Source: Malacoraja senta | Taxonomy: Eukaryota | Direction of reading: 5' to 3' | Length of the DNA: 64,000 bases | Assembly: GCA_038087875.1 (NCBI GenBank) | Contig: CM075993.1 | Coordinates: 1,116,001 to 1,180,000, forward strand | Part shown: positions 34,601 to 46,153 of the stretch, in pieces | Layout: the number at the start of each line of letters is the position of its first letter | How positions within the stretch are numbered: position 1 is the first letter of the stretch | Translations under genes and position numbers: made by a program | The notes under the pieces: generated by a model | Databases searched by the model: none | Told to the model about the DNA's origin: nothing | Seen by the model: only the letters and a program-made list of their open reading frames with translations

Positions 34601-35829
34601 ACACTGGGGCCGAAGCCACTTTGTCTCTCGCCAAGGCACAGTTCTATTGGCCGGATATGGCAAAGTACATCCGGGAGAGGGTCTCATCGTGTTCCACCTG
34701 CAACAGCCGCGCCCCCCATCAGCAGCGTCAGCCGCTTCTACAGCAGCCCGCGCCCGGACTGCCCTGGATGGCGCTCGCCACAGACATTTTCGAGTGGCGG
34801 GGCAAACATTTCCTGGTACTCGTTGACTTCTACTCCAGCTGGTTTGCGGTTGACCGGCTGCCTTCCATGACCTCTTCGGCCGTCATCGACAGGTTGGACC
34901 CTCACTTTAGCACTTTTGGCCCCCCGGCAAGCCTGCAGTCGGACAATGGCAGCCAGTTCACGAGCTCCGAGTTTAAAGCGTTCGCTTCCAGATGGAACTT
35001 TCGCCATTTCACAAGCAGCCCGGAGTACCCGCAAAGCAACGGTTTGGCCGAGCGCGCGGTCCGCAGTGCTAAGCACCTGTTGGAACAGTGTGGTGGCATT
35101 AACTCCGACTTCCACCTGGCCCTCCTCAGCCTTCGGAACATCTCTCGCGACCCTGCCATGGGCTCACCTGCTCAGCGGCTCCTGTCTCGCGCTACCAGGC
35201 TCCCACTCCCGGTGGCCCAGCGATCCCTCATACCCTCGGTCCTTCCACCTGCGGCGGTTCAGAAACGAATTGCCTTCAGGCAAGACGTCCAAAAGCGGTC
35301 CCATGACAGGTCCTGCCACCCGCTGCCGCCCCTCTTCCCCGGTCAAGTAGTCCGTATGCAGACCACTCCCGGTCACTCCAAGCTCGCTACTGTCGTCAGC
35401 TCTGCGGGGTCGCCCAGGTCCTATTTCGTCGACTACGCTGGGACCATTTACCGACGGTCTCGCCAGCACCTTCGGCTCGTCCACGAGCCGCGTCCTCCTG
35501 CCGCCGATCCCTTTGCTCCCCCGCTGCCTGTTTCCCGTCCGGCCGTTGCCCTGCCCGTGATTCCCTGCATGCCTCGCTCTGCTCCTCCTTCGCCCCCTCC
35601 GCTCCAACACACTCCGACTAGTCCTCGCACGCCCCCCCGCGCTCTTCCCGGACCCGCATCCCCTCCGGTTTCGGTGCCGCGATCTCTTCCGTTTCCTCCC
35701 GTTTCTCCCTTTCAGGTTCGTCTGTCCCCGCTGGTGCCTCTTCCTCCTCCAGGAAGGGTGGATGGCGAGACGCGAACCCGGGCGGGACGTCTGGTCAAAC
35801 CGCCTGACCGCTATGGCGATGTTGCCTAG
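31663..35829 (+). CDS. Gag-Pol polyprotein (1388 aa from the first ATG after the PBS)
   Basis: Two CX2CX4HX4C knuckles (32338-32439), protease DTG (32665-32673), RT LDAKSSFWQ/MPFG/IVDD, RNase H CDAS..EKE..TDH..AD, integrase HRGH..CSTC plus D(ATDIF)-D(SDNG)-E(LAER); no stops or frameshifts. Confidence 0.95.
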   Translation: MASSARKPDALVFDFDITLRWDIFKRDFEHYFTIAHPGATDALKASLLLNLAGPNALTRSDFFVYAPGESARDPACLLAKFDAICDIPTNCILERFKLFAWRQLPGESAENYVIALRDLGRRCRLETWTPDNVIRDLLVYGLRDEKLRSELLRKPDLTLADAMHATRLADAVSAAAPPAEQAINFASTPSYLMNAPQSRPPVSLAARGGRAPGFGGATRGDTQQRCPNCNFTTHQFNVCPALGKNCNSCNKLNHFAAACRSRGKPVAARRQNLNNLLQSDNDLSSQHYSDEHSVPTSNSSQGETSLFTVVNAPAMITDPSVQVTVNNSTFTAKIDTGAVTNVMSISLFNQIRTNEKIFSQSSNLHAYGGEILTPVGKATLHCKILKATRPLTFFLLNRSCVPLLGIQACQEMGLVSFHRDIHHVQALMDPLAEYPDRFDDNLGKLPCSYKIEVDHKIVPVVHAPHRISFAMRDKVEATLHSMVQMGVLKAVVEPTSWVSSMVVAAKKDMSKIRICINPRDLNLAIRRPHYPMRTVEDVAARVGPATVFSVLDAKSSFWQIPLDERSSILTTFATPYGRFRFLRMPFGINSASEVFQRTMEQLFSDLPCAIIVDDILVYGKDVAEHDVNLRLILDRARQINLKLNPKKCRFRISEVTYVGHVFTAEGLKPDPQKTTAISGMPPPTNVAGLQRFLGLVNYLGKFIPDLSELSAPLRDLIKKDTSWLWLPNHQKAFDILKSKLISTPTLKFFDLRHPIVLTCDASQFGLGAACLQVHDGLQMPVSFASRTMTATEQHYAQIEKELLAVLFACSKFRDYIVGNTFTVETDHQPLVTILNKPIHVASSRLQRMLLQLQRFTFTVVYRKGKDMFVADTLSRAPLTSTARHQYKTSELLVLRLNFVPSPQMKSLVEHTTNDPALQQLSAVIRQGWPDRRSALPAGAVPYFLIRDELVLHDGVVVKGHKVVVPAALHDHYFQVAHRGHTGAEATLSLAKAQFYWPDMAKYIRERVSSCSTCNSRAPHQQRQPLLQQPAPGLPWMALATDIFEWRGKHFLVLVDFYSSWFAVDRLPSMTSSAVIDRLDPHFSTFGPPASLQSDNGSQFTSSEFKAFASRWNFRHFTSSPEYPQSNGLAERAVRSAKHLLEQCGGINSDFHLALLSLRNISRDPAMGSPAQRLLSRATRLPLPVAQRSLIPSVLPPAAVQKRIAFRQDVQKRSHDRSCHPLPPLFPGQVVRMQTTPGHSKLATVVSSAGSPRSYFVDYAGTIYRRSRQHLRLVHEPRPPAADPFAPPLPVSRPAVALPVIPCMPRSAPPSPPPLQHTPTSPRTPPRALPGPASPPVSVPRSLPFPPVSPFQVRLSPLVPLPPPGRVDGETRTRAGRLVKPPDRYGDVA

Positions 35830-35886
35830 CTATCCTAGCGCATGAGCCGTGGTCGCCATGTCACCTTTGTATTTGCCTGTCGTTTC

Positions 35887-35898
35887 GGGGAGGAAGGA
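35887..35898 (+). promoter_or_regulatory. Polypurine tract
   Basis: GGGGAGGAAGGA immediately 5' of the 3' LTR. Confidence 0.9.
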
Positions 35899-36101
35899 TG
35901 TAGATGAGATATGCATGTGCCTTTAACATAGTGACCTCACACCCACTAACCACTCCCCATATCACAAGTATAACTACCACCTCCACACCCACAGATCGCT
36001 CTCTAGTTCCTGTGACAGACCACGTACAGCTAGTGCAATGTATAATGTCCAGTATGAATAAAGATAGTAAAGTAACGATGCCTCGTTATCAAACCTTTAC
36101 A
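35899..36101 (+). repeat. 3' LTR
   Basis: Base-for-base identical to the 5' LTR by manual comparison. Confidence 0.97.
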
Positions 36102-38064
36102 TTGCCTTCCATCACAGTGAGGAATGTGGGGAATCCACTGTGGTGGATGTTTATGTTAACTTTTATGTGGGTGTGTGTCTTGTTGCTTTTCACTTAGTAC
36201 GGCAGTATGGTAACTCCAATTTCACTGTACCTTAATTGGCACATGTGCCACTTGTTAAAACAGTAAGGATGTAGTCTTGGTCTTGCAGCATGGGTGTTTC
36301 ATTGCTCGAGGAGCTGTGAATGGGACTAAGTTTATACACCCACATCGCCAACTATGACCTCAGTGTAGAGAGAAGTGTCAGATCCTCACATCGATCCGAA
36401 TATAATAAACACACTCCAGGGACACTCAATGCAAGGATCTGACAGGAATGTCAAGGATAAAGCATCCCATCAAACACTGTCGCCCTCATCTTGCTGCTGT
36501 AATTCAGCTCTTCTGCCCATGTTTGGCACATGGCTGCAATGAGGGTTTTGATGAAAGCGAAACTAAGCATTGAGTAAATATCATGTAATGTCTCTCTCAA
36601 CATCCGCCAACTGTTTGCTGATGAATGATAGCTGACCAATAGAGCAATAATTAGCTGAAATGAAATTATCTTACGTTTTGTAGATCTGAAATATCTAAGC
36701 AATTTTTCATTTCTAGTTATATGGCAGTGGTGTAAATGTAAATAGCTAGGCTAGATGGCAGAGAGGTGAACTAGTCTTCACATGACTGCCAGATACTGCG
36801 TGGTCAGGAAGACTTTGCTACATAGTGCTTACTGCCATTTCTTGATAACCTTTGTTTAGTTTAGATACAGCGCGGAAACAGGCCCTGCGGAAACAGGCCC
36901 TTCATCCCACCGAATCCTCACCGACCAGCGATCCCCGCACATCAACACAATCTTCTAAACACTAGAGACAATTTACATTTATTCCAAGCCAATTAACTTA
37001 CAAACGTCTTTGGAATGTGGGAGGAAACCGAAGATCTCGGAGAAAACCCACGCAGTCACGGGGAGAATGTACAAACTCCGTATAGACAGCACTCGTAGTC
37101 GGGATCAAACCCGGGTCTCTGGCACTGCAAGTGCTGCAAGGCAGCAACTCCACCACTGTGCCGCCCCTAGATTTTGCAGTAAATCAAATTGAACTGAATA
37201 AAGACTGATTTCAGTGTCAGTGGAGGAGGCAAAGTTGAATCCTGCACTCTGCAGTTTTGATTGCTGTTTGCAAATCCTTCAGCCTTATTGATGGCTTATC
37301 ATCTATACAAAATATATGGATTAAGTATATCAATGGCCACTCTGATTGCTATTCCATAGTGATGATACAGTGCATTGGAAAACGTCATCTAACTGTTTAC
37401 CAGCACCAGCGAAGACCATTCAAGAAGTGGTAGGTTAAATGGTCCTGGAAAAGGCTAGTTTTACAAAGCATGGGCAAAAGCCAGGCAGTTGATGAATTAA
37501 TGGCATGAAGGAATGTACGCATCCAAATACCATGCAAATATTTTTGAAACACCACTTTTATTGAAGTGTATAATTGTTATTAAAACATTTACCTAAATAA
37601 TTTGCTATTTGATACAATTAGAACAAAATATGAAAACTGATTATTGACCACTGCAGACAACAATGACCAGAGTGATCATCTAGGCTCTGTTGGAACAATT
37701 TTGAAAATAAGTCTCCTCAAGTGAACCTTTTTTTATTCAGACACTTCTATTTTTCCGATGGCTTTTTGCTTTGTGTACATGTGGAAACTTTTCACTGGCA
37801 ACTCATCAGCATTTTATATGATTGTACCATTAACCCATCACACAATGCAACCTTCATACCAGAACTAAAGTCCAAGAGTGAAAAATGTTACAGGCAACAG
37901 AAACACAACTACAAGTGAAGAACAAAAACTCCAAGTAACACAACTTAATTCTGTTCTGGGACAACACACATCTGCATCATTTCCTTGGCTTGGGATAGAC
38001 TTGGAAGTGATGAACAGGACGGATCATGACAAGGAATTGATGACATGGAGGGAGGAATACCTAC

Positions 38065-38118
38065 CGGAATTGAACTGCGATTCATGCTCATGAATCTAAC
38101 CGCTATTATTACTGGTTT
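38065..38118 (-). CDS. MYO9A: MYO9A 54-nt cassette exon
   Basis: tttccactatag|AAACCAGTAATAATAGCGGTTAGATTCATGAGCATGAATCGCAGTTCAATTCCG|gtaggt = KPVIIAVRFMSMNRSSIP; phase 0/0; resembles the KPVLIAVRFMSITRSS-type insert I recall from rodent Myo9a isoforms. Confidence 0.85.
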
Positions 38119-39372
38119 CTATAGTGGAAAGAACATGAAAAGTAGAGGATCAGGTTAGTTTGACTGTGCAATCAACAGAAACATACAGATTAAAGGAAAA
38201 TTTGTGTTTTTTGTGTGGGTCAGTAAATAACAATATATTGCCTCTGTCTCTCCTCTCATCACTCTCCCTGCAACTTGAAACACTCTTCCAGTTTTGATAA
38301 ATGTCTTTCACGTGGCATACCAGTTCCGTTCACACTGCCTCACATGCTGAGTGCTTCCAGCATTTTCTGCTTGCATTTAAAATTAAAATATGTTGCTATT
38401 CTGTAAATTCCACATAACTTTCTCTTTTTCATCCTTTCCTATCTCCACTTATGTTTCTCTTCCTCATTATGAAGTTAACACTAACTGGATTGAAACTCTA
38501 AGCACTTATTACCTCAACCAAATGGTCAATATCCATGTATTGGGACAGCTTACAGCTATCAGTAGACTCTCTTAACTCTGACTTCATCTATGTTCACGTG
38601 TACATTGATCAATATCAGTCACTGGGCAGCAAGAGTGGGAGCTCACACTGATTTGAAATATGCATTACCTAGAAATTGTGAAGTAATTGGAGCTTCCCAA
38701 TTTCCATTACACCCGAGATCAACTCACACACAGACCAGGGACTGTTTGTCACAACGTTTTACACATTAAACTGCTGGGAATTTAAACCAGTCTACCTTTG
38801 ATTTAATCCAGCATCTGCAGTTCTTTCCTACACATGCTGGGAATTTAAAGTCTATTATTAAACTTAAAACTTATTTGACTTTCTTTATGGAAGAATTGCC
38901 AGTCATGGTAATATTCTACAAATAATCAGCTTTCCCGAGATTAAGTGCAACCTACATTGGAAATGATTATGACAGAGACACACACAACAGGATTGTGATA
39001 TCATGGGAGATTTGACAAGATTTAAAGAGATTTGTCAGAAAAAGATTTGCCATCAACCAGACACATGGATAGCATGATTCAAAACAACAAGACACCGGAT
39101 ATTACATAGTACAGAACTAGTCAGGGATTAAATATCTGGGCTTTGTTGCCCACGTGGGCAGATGAGCCTTGCTTCGCAATCTTCAAGCCAGATGAACTGG
39201 TATATTTAAATACAGAAAAGATGTCAGATACAAAATGAGGATATAAACGTGGAATTATGCATCCAACATTTGTGAATGTGATGACACTGCTTACACCTAC
39301 ATAACCTTTATAACGTACACTTAGTCTAGCCTCACACACAAGTGATCAAACTCTTACCTTGACACTACTTAA

Positions 39373-39682
39373 AGGGATGGCGCAGTGGCACAGCAGCAGA
39401 GTTGTTGCCTTACAACAACAAAGGCTTGGGGTTGATCCTGACTATGGGTGCTGTCTGTACGGAGTTTGTATGTGCTATCTGTGACCACGTAGGTTTTCTC
39501 CGGGTGCTCCAGTTTCCTCCCACATTCCAAGGACGTGCAGGGTGGTAGGTTAATTGGCTTCTGTAAATTGTCCCTAGTGTGTAGGATAGAACTAGCATAC
39601 GGGTGATCGTAATTGACATGGACTAGGTGGACCGAAGAGCCTGTTTCCACACTGTATCTCCACACTAAACTAAACTGAAACA
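39373..39682 (+). mobile_element. tRNA-derived V-SINE (HE1-like); further copies on the - strand near 20172-20470, 36852-37168 and 42003-42280
   Basis: tRNA-like head with degenerate A/B boxes, V-domain core ggttttctccgggtgctccagtttcctcccacattcc, and (CTAAA)n tail. Confidence 0.75.
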
Positions 39683-41572
39683 CTCAATATGGAATCCTCA
39701 GCTCTCAATCAGCTTTTCATTTTTACAGAAGCTGGAAACAAAGGGACTGCTTGGGTTAACACAGACCCGACCGACCCGATAGCACAAAGAAAAGTTAAAA
39801 GATAATTTCTATTTGCACTTCTCTGAGTGCGCATTTCTTAAAAACTTTTATGGATTGCTTCTGCACTTTGAAGGTGGGAGTCACAAAGCAACAAGCTGCT
39901 TTTAGAAGAGGCAGCACAGAAGTTTATTTTGCTGTTCCGCAATCAGTATATATTCTGCTATGTTAATAACTTGCATCATGAGATGTAAAATGGCAGCTAA
40001 CAGTGTCAAACATCACTGATTACATTTACAGCAAGATGCAATCAAGAGGTGAACGGTAAAGCTGGTAAAATGGTTAAGGAAAATAGAACCAACGCTGCAT
40101 GAAATTTTCGGAATCATGCAACCAAGGGTGATGATTTTCATGGCTCTTGTAAAGAATGAGTTTAACATTGCCTTAGTCGTGAGTTACTCAAACCCATGTA
40201 AAATTTGAATTTTTTTTTTGCATGACATAAAAATGTTTGCAAAAGTTTCTCTCCAATAGGTGGGTATGGTGAGTAAGAAAATGACGAGGTTGCAGAGTGT
40301 GGACTGCAGGAAACATTTCCCCTTACCAGAGTCAGATACAACTACGGCATAGGTTTAGGGTAAGAAGGAAAAGATTTAGAGGGGAGATGAAGGGGGGATC
40401 TTCTTCGCCCAGAGAGTAGTAAGCACCTGGAATGTACTGCCTGAGAGTGATTGAAGATCCGATGTTTAAAACATTTAAAAGTGTTTAGCTGAGCACTTGA
40501 ATTGCCGAGATATAGAGGGCTATGGACCGTGTTGGATGACGGGATTCACAGAAAGGGAGCCCAATGGTGGGTGAACTAGTTGGGCTGAATGGTCTGTTTC
40601 CATGCAGGACAATTCTGAGATTCCATAATCATGTGGACCTTGCCAGATAGACTCTATCTGAACAGGAGACTCCTCGAGCACTTCACAATGTGATAAGATT
40701 TCCCTCCAATACTGTTTATTTGTATTTCTAAAACAAATGGCATACCCTAACAAGCCAGTTAAATATGCCACGTTTTGGGAGTGGAAGATGAAAGCCCCCA
40801 ACTTTCTGTCATTGTACAGTTTCCAAGTGGTTCAAGAAATACCCCAACCACTCTGAAAACAATGCATTCCACGCTGAATTTATGTTCCAAATGATGTCAA
40901 ACAAAAGTGGAATGAGTTTACCCAAGGTGATATGATACTGCTCTACAACAGAAATCAATTTGAGATATCACCCTAGATCATAGACTAGGATTATAGTCAT
41001 ACTATGAAGAAACAGCTACAAGTGCAGCCAAGGAAATAATCTACATATACTTCAGAAATACAGGACAGTACTTAGTCTCCACCAACAGTACTCTTTCCCA
41101 AACACGCAATGAAAAACTCATATAAAACCACTGGGAGACTGCATGAAACGAAACCGGGAGGTCACTCAATTGGTCAATTAAAGTTGACCTTAAACAGAGC
41201 CACCAATTTATTTGAGCAGCTAAAACAGTACGGAACGGGGTACTGATTTTGGATGATCAGCCATGATCATATTGAATGGCGGTGCTGGCTCGAACGGCCT
41301 ACTCCTGCACCTATTTTAACAACCTCATAGAACAGTGGCCACATACATGCATGTTGAATCGACACCATGGTGGACTGCAACAGTGACTTAGTATTCAGAA
41401 AGACAATATGAAAACAAATGATGAACCAATGTACAAATTGTTCTAATTCTTAATCGGCACATTTTTGTTATGTTTCTTTTAAATGATAAAAGTTTCTATT
41501 TAATGCAACAGGAACAAGAAACAATATTGCAGTAATATAGATCAGTATAAAATTTAAATGAAGACATCTTAC

Positions 41573-41696
41573 TATCGAGCATCGGATGAGCGACAATCTA
41601 TTCTTGGCTTTGTTCTCTGCAAACTCCAGGCTGCTGATGTCCTTCAGGCGCGCTCGGTACTTGTTCATTTGCTCCACAATTATCAGTTCCACACAC
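41573..41696 (-). CDS. MYO9A: MYO9A exon, end of the RhoGAP domain
   Basis: CVELIIVEQMNKYRARLKDISSLEFAENKAKNRLSLIRCSI; ctgcag| acceptor, |gtaaga donor. Confidence 0.95.
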
Positions 41697-42805
41697 CTGC
41701 AGAAAAGGTCAGCATGTTACTACAGCATTCTGGTTTTTTTAACACATATCTCATCAAGGAACAATGAAACATTCAGAAACTGGAAAATACCATCAATTCC
41801 ATTCCAGTTACACCGATTAACATCTATTCTTGTTTTCAACACTTTCCCAACCCGTTCTCTTTCCCAGAAACGCATTTAACTGATCTAAGAAAGCAGTCTG
41901 ACTGTTATTCACCTAACCTCAATACCCCAGCCCCTAGCAGAAGTCCACAACTCATCTTTTGCATTCAAGTATCCTGCTCTTCCTGATTCATCCTTAAATT
42001 ACTTAGTTTAGTTATACCACACCAACATGATCTCCCATACACACTAGTTCTATGTTATCACAATGACATATTGACACCCTACACACAAGGGGAAATTTAC
42101 AGAGGCAAATTAACCGACAAACCTACACGCCTTTGGGATGTGGGAGGAAACTGGAGAACCTGGAGGAAACCCACGCGGTCACCGGAAGAACATGCAAACT
42201 TCGAACAGACAGCACCCGAATTCAGGATTGAACCCGGGTCTCTGGCGCTGTGAGGCATCAGCTCTACTAGTTATGCCACTTCTCAAAGTTGTATCTTCAG
42301 TATTTCAGCCTTTCACTACTGCAAATGTTTGTGAATTAAATGTTGTTAATTCACTTTGAATTCAGCAATGAGTTTGATTTCGGAAGCAAGAACAAAGTAT
42401 GAGAGTAAACTTACAGAGTACAAACACAGAATATGAAACCTACAAATATATTCAAAGATGACCAGTGAAGACAAAAGGAGGTCCCATGCAGTCAGAACGG
42501 GGAGTAGCTTAATTGAGAATAAAGAAATGGCATAGCAAAACAAGTATTTTGGTTCTAGCTTCATAGAGGATGACATAGGTAACTTCCCAAAAATGCTAGG
42601 GAATCAAGAGTCACATGAAGGGAGGAATTAAAGGATCTATTAATATAAAGGACATTTCCTGTGATTTAGCTGTGATCCAACCAGTTATCATCACAAATTT
42701 AAAACAAAGTTGTTCCTATCACTAGCTTATTTCCATGGAATGATTGCTGCATCATTATTACTCTTTTATTCCAAGATTTACTTTAAGAAATGGAAGCATC
42801 CTTAC

Positions 42806-42937
42806 GCTGTTGTTTTGGAAATATCTTGAACACTTTGCAATGGGTCTGTGGTATCTGGACATCGAAGAATACATGGAGCAAAGACGATGGCCAACGCATT
42901 TGAGGACATCCGGTTGGTGTCTTCTTGCAGGGCAATT
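42806..42937 (-). CDS. MYO9A: MYO9A RhoGAP exon
   Basis: [43 protein letters not shown](A); ttctag| acceptor, |gtaagg donor. Confidence 0.96.
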
Positions 42938-43891
42938 CTAGAAAGCAACACAAAACAGGAGAAGAATTGTGAAACAATGATGACAATCGTTCATTCCTCC
43001 GAGTATGATCAGAAAAGGTTTGCTACAGATCCACTTGTATAAACGTCTGGGGAAAATTTCTGTCTTCCACTTGATAATTGTGAATGGAAACAGAAGGTAT
43101 TTCATCATCGGCACCTGTGCCCAATATATATAGTGCAGAATCCCACAACACCCTGCGATTGCCGGATTGGAGCTAGACAGCAGAACACATGGGGCTGGGG
43201 GTGGGGAGGGAGGAGCGATCAGGTCTATAAATAACATCTGAGCCATTACACTTTCAAAAAAACGCTTTCATGCAATCTACAGCAGTCTGATGAGACCTCA
43301 CACATCAATGTGGTCTGAATAAGCTGCAAAAAAGTTTGATAAACTAAACAAAGTTTTTCTGAAAAGCATATATTTAATATCAGCCATAACCCCATGGTAT
43401 TGTCTCAGAGATGAATATCATCTGACCAAGTTATTAAAAGCATTTTTGCATTAAAAAAAAGAAAACAATATTTCAGCAATTGATGTAACTTTCTGTTCTC
43501 ACCGCCAATATACAAAGTACTGGGATTGTTACTCTCTAGTGCAGTAACACCACTCACTGCTCACAATGAAGATAAGGATCTAAATCACAATGCGTGGACG
43601 TCGTCTCCTGATGTCAACTGCGTTCGTATGCCACTTCTAGAGCACCTCTCGCTTCCAGCAATAACAGAAGCTGGGCAAACATTCAGAGTGAAGAATTCTT
43701 GTAGATCACAAACCAGGAAGTGAAACGAATATTTTTTCGCATTTCAGATCATGACACAAAGATTAGAACATAAAGATAAAATCTGAATTAGAAATGGTGT
43801 TTTTTTGCACTACTTGGAACAGCGCTAGTCTTGCATCTTTCTGTTGTTTTGCATTCGTATTTATCATTACTCTTTAACCCGAGCTTCATGT

Positions 43892-44095
43892 AAAGTAAAG
43901 TAAAATTTTATTTATATAGCACGTTTAAATCAACTCGCATTGAAACCAAAGTGCTTTACATAAAAGGAATAATAAAGTTTCCATACATCCATAGAAAAAT
44001 TAAAAAAAAGAAAAATGACACAACACATTATAGAATTCAACATGAACGTCCCCCCACAACAGAATCAACATTTTCCACTGTGTGGAAAGGCATCA
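43892..44095 (-). mobile_element. L2-like LINE/SINE 3' end
   Basis: The - strand ends gtaaagcactttgg...ctatataaataaaattttactttacttt, typical of L2-type tails. Confidence 0.5.
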
Positions 44096-44804
44096 AAGGT
44101 ATGTGGATAAAGAACGTCTTTGTACCTGGGTGGATATGACAATAAACTCATCCAAATCTTAATATGAATCTGTAACGAGGAGCTAAAGGAAATTACTACG
44201 AGAAAGAAAAGCACAGGTATGATTAATGGAAAGGAGCTCATAACGTGCCTGCCAGAATATTAAAAGAGGTTGATAATAATTTTCCAGAATTCAATGTATA
44301 ATGGAATAGTTCATGCAGATTAATGCTGTAAAGAGGAGGGCGTGAACTATAGATCAATTACCCTAACGTGGGTAATAGGGAGACAAAAGGAAGAAACTGC
44401 AGATTCTGGAATCTTGAGCAAAAAAACAGAGCGCTGGAGAAACTCAACAGGCCGAACGGCATTCACTCGAGGAAGCAGACATGATCTTTTGGGTCAGAAT
44501 CCTTCTTCAAACTTCAGATGTAGGGGGAATGTAGCTGGTAAAGAGAGGTGAGGGATAGGGGCGGTACACGAGTTGACATGAGAGGTGGATTCAGATGACA
44601 TGGGGTGATTGACCTGCCAACCACCCCCCCTCACCTGAATCCACCATCACTTGCCAGTTCTTGCACCTGGCCTCGCCTCCTCTTCCGTGCCGGTTCCCCG
44701 CACCCCTCAAGTCTCTCATCTTTCAAAAAATGATCTACTTGATATAATCCTTTAATGTGGAATTACAATGTCAAAATTCTGAAGCATCTCGGTTGAATAT
44801 TTAC

Positions 44805-44910
44805 CTTACAAGATGAAAGATGAGTCGTTCTAGTGTGTTGACGTGAGTCCGTGGCAACTGATCAATTATAGAATATACACCTTGAATCATTTCCTTCCGG
44901 TCCTGTAGAC
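44805..44910 (-). CDS. MYO9A: MYO9A RhoGAP exon
   Basis: (G)LQDRKEMIQGVYSIIDQLPRTHVNTLERLIFHLV(R); tcacag| acceptor, |gtaaat donor. Confidence 0.95.
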
Positions 44911-45652
44911 CTGTGAACAATGAAGACAACCTTCATCTCTGCAAAAGCCATATTTTAATCACACGTAGGCAAGCCACAACATGTCTGGATAACTGTAGTT
45001 GTGATCAATTCCGCTAACATATTCTAAAATGTTTCACCAAACAGAGCAAGGCTCTAGGTACAAAATGCTGGAGTAACTCAGTGGGTGAGGCAGCATCTCT
45101 AGAGAGAAGGAATGGGTGACGTTTCGGGTACCATTTTTGCAACAATGTGAATTAGCTAATTAAATGCAGCAGCACAAATGCTACATCTTGTTTACGAAAG
45201 GGGAAATGATCACATGTTTATTTTCCATACCATTAACTTTAATTTCAAATAAAAAACTTATGCAGGTGACAAGAGAGATGGCATTTGTGGAATCTGTGAG
45301 GAGGAAGAGTTGCCCCACCATCACTCAGTTTGAATAATCTTCTGATATCATGTGAGGATGGTACAGAAGGTTTATTTATCCAAAGGATTGTGGGGCAACA
45401 GAAAATTTATCCAATGATTCATCACCTCTTCAGCAAGACATTAGACTTCAAATCTTTAGAAGTTGGCTTCACCCCAGAACATTTGATTTTAACAAAGCTC
45501 GACTAATTGAGCCATAAATAAATATATTTTACTACTCAGGGAATTGATCAGCACAGTACAGTATTACCACAACTTTTTAATATAATTCTTATTTTGTATT
45601 TTGTCAAAATGATTGGATCCAAAAGAGAACTGGGATTAAAACTTGCACTTAC

Positions 45653-45781
45653 CCATTGCACGTAGAACGTCATTATAGAATTCAAACATCATCAGAGGAT
45701 TAGGGAGATCTCGCAGCCATTGTTTGAAAACACTGGCAATAACATGGATGTTGTACTCATCCAAATTCATGCTGTTGATAT
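45653..45781 (-). CDS. MYO9A: MYO9A RhoGAP exon
   Basis: (D)INSMNLDEYNIHVIASVFKQWLRDLPNPLMMFEFYNDVLRAM; ctgcag| acceptor, |gtaagt donor. Confidence 0.95.
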
Positions 45782-46153
45782 CTGCAGGAAGAAATCCCCG
45801 TCAGTTCCAGAAGCAGCTACCATGCATTTCCTCTCAACCCTCTATGAATAGAGAATTGAACTCTGTGGATGGCCCTAGTAAGGCTCATTCTGAGCTCTCT
45901 TCCACAACCTGCAGTCCACAAGGTGAAGGTGCTTCCAAAGTGGAGTTAAACATTTCTCTAACTCTGATCCAGGAGCAATGATGTACTAAAATGTTCCCTT
46001 CCATTATTATGATGTAGTATAATCCTCAATAACAAACATATCTCTCATATAGAAATTTTCTTTGTCTTTCTTTTTACACTTTTAAATTTGTGGATACTTA
46101 TTGATTCCCTCCTATTGTTCTGCAGGAGTCCATGACCCCTTATTAAGCCTTAC

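Larger units (their letters stand above)
31368..36101 (+). mobile_element. Full-length Ty3/Gypsy LTR retrotransposon, Mag-like clade
   Basis: Two identical 203-bp TG...CA LTRs, TTGCC 5-bp TSD (31363-31367 and 36102-36106), PBS, PPT, and a single gag-PR-RT-RNaseH-IN ORF. Confidence 0.97.
30801..36248 (+). mobile_element. Non-autonomous interspersed repeat (about 30801-31367 plus 36102-36248) split by the Gypsy insertion
   Basis: CpG-rich body with internal subrepeats (ggactttaacatcg at 31081 and 31147); continues across the TSD and ends in a LINE-like 3' tail (tttcactgtaccttaattggcacatgtg). Boundaries approximate. Confidence 0.6.

Noticed and set aside
32164-35630. Several antisense and alternative-frame ORFs inside the Gypsy element, and a possible env gene
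   Set aside because: They are shadows of a GC-rich coding region with no recognisable motifs; only about 70 bp separate the pol stop from the 3' LTR, leaving no room for env.
31373-36197. Twin ORFs MRYACAFNIVTSHP... at 31373 and 35904
   Set aside because: They are incidental translations of the two identical LTRs.
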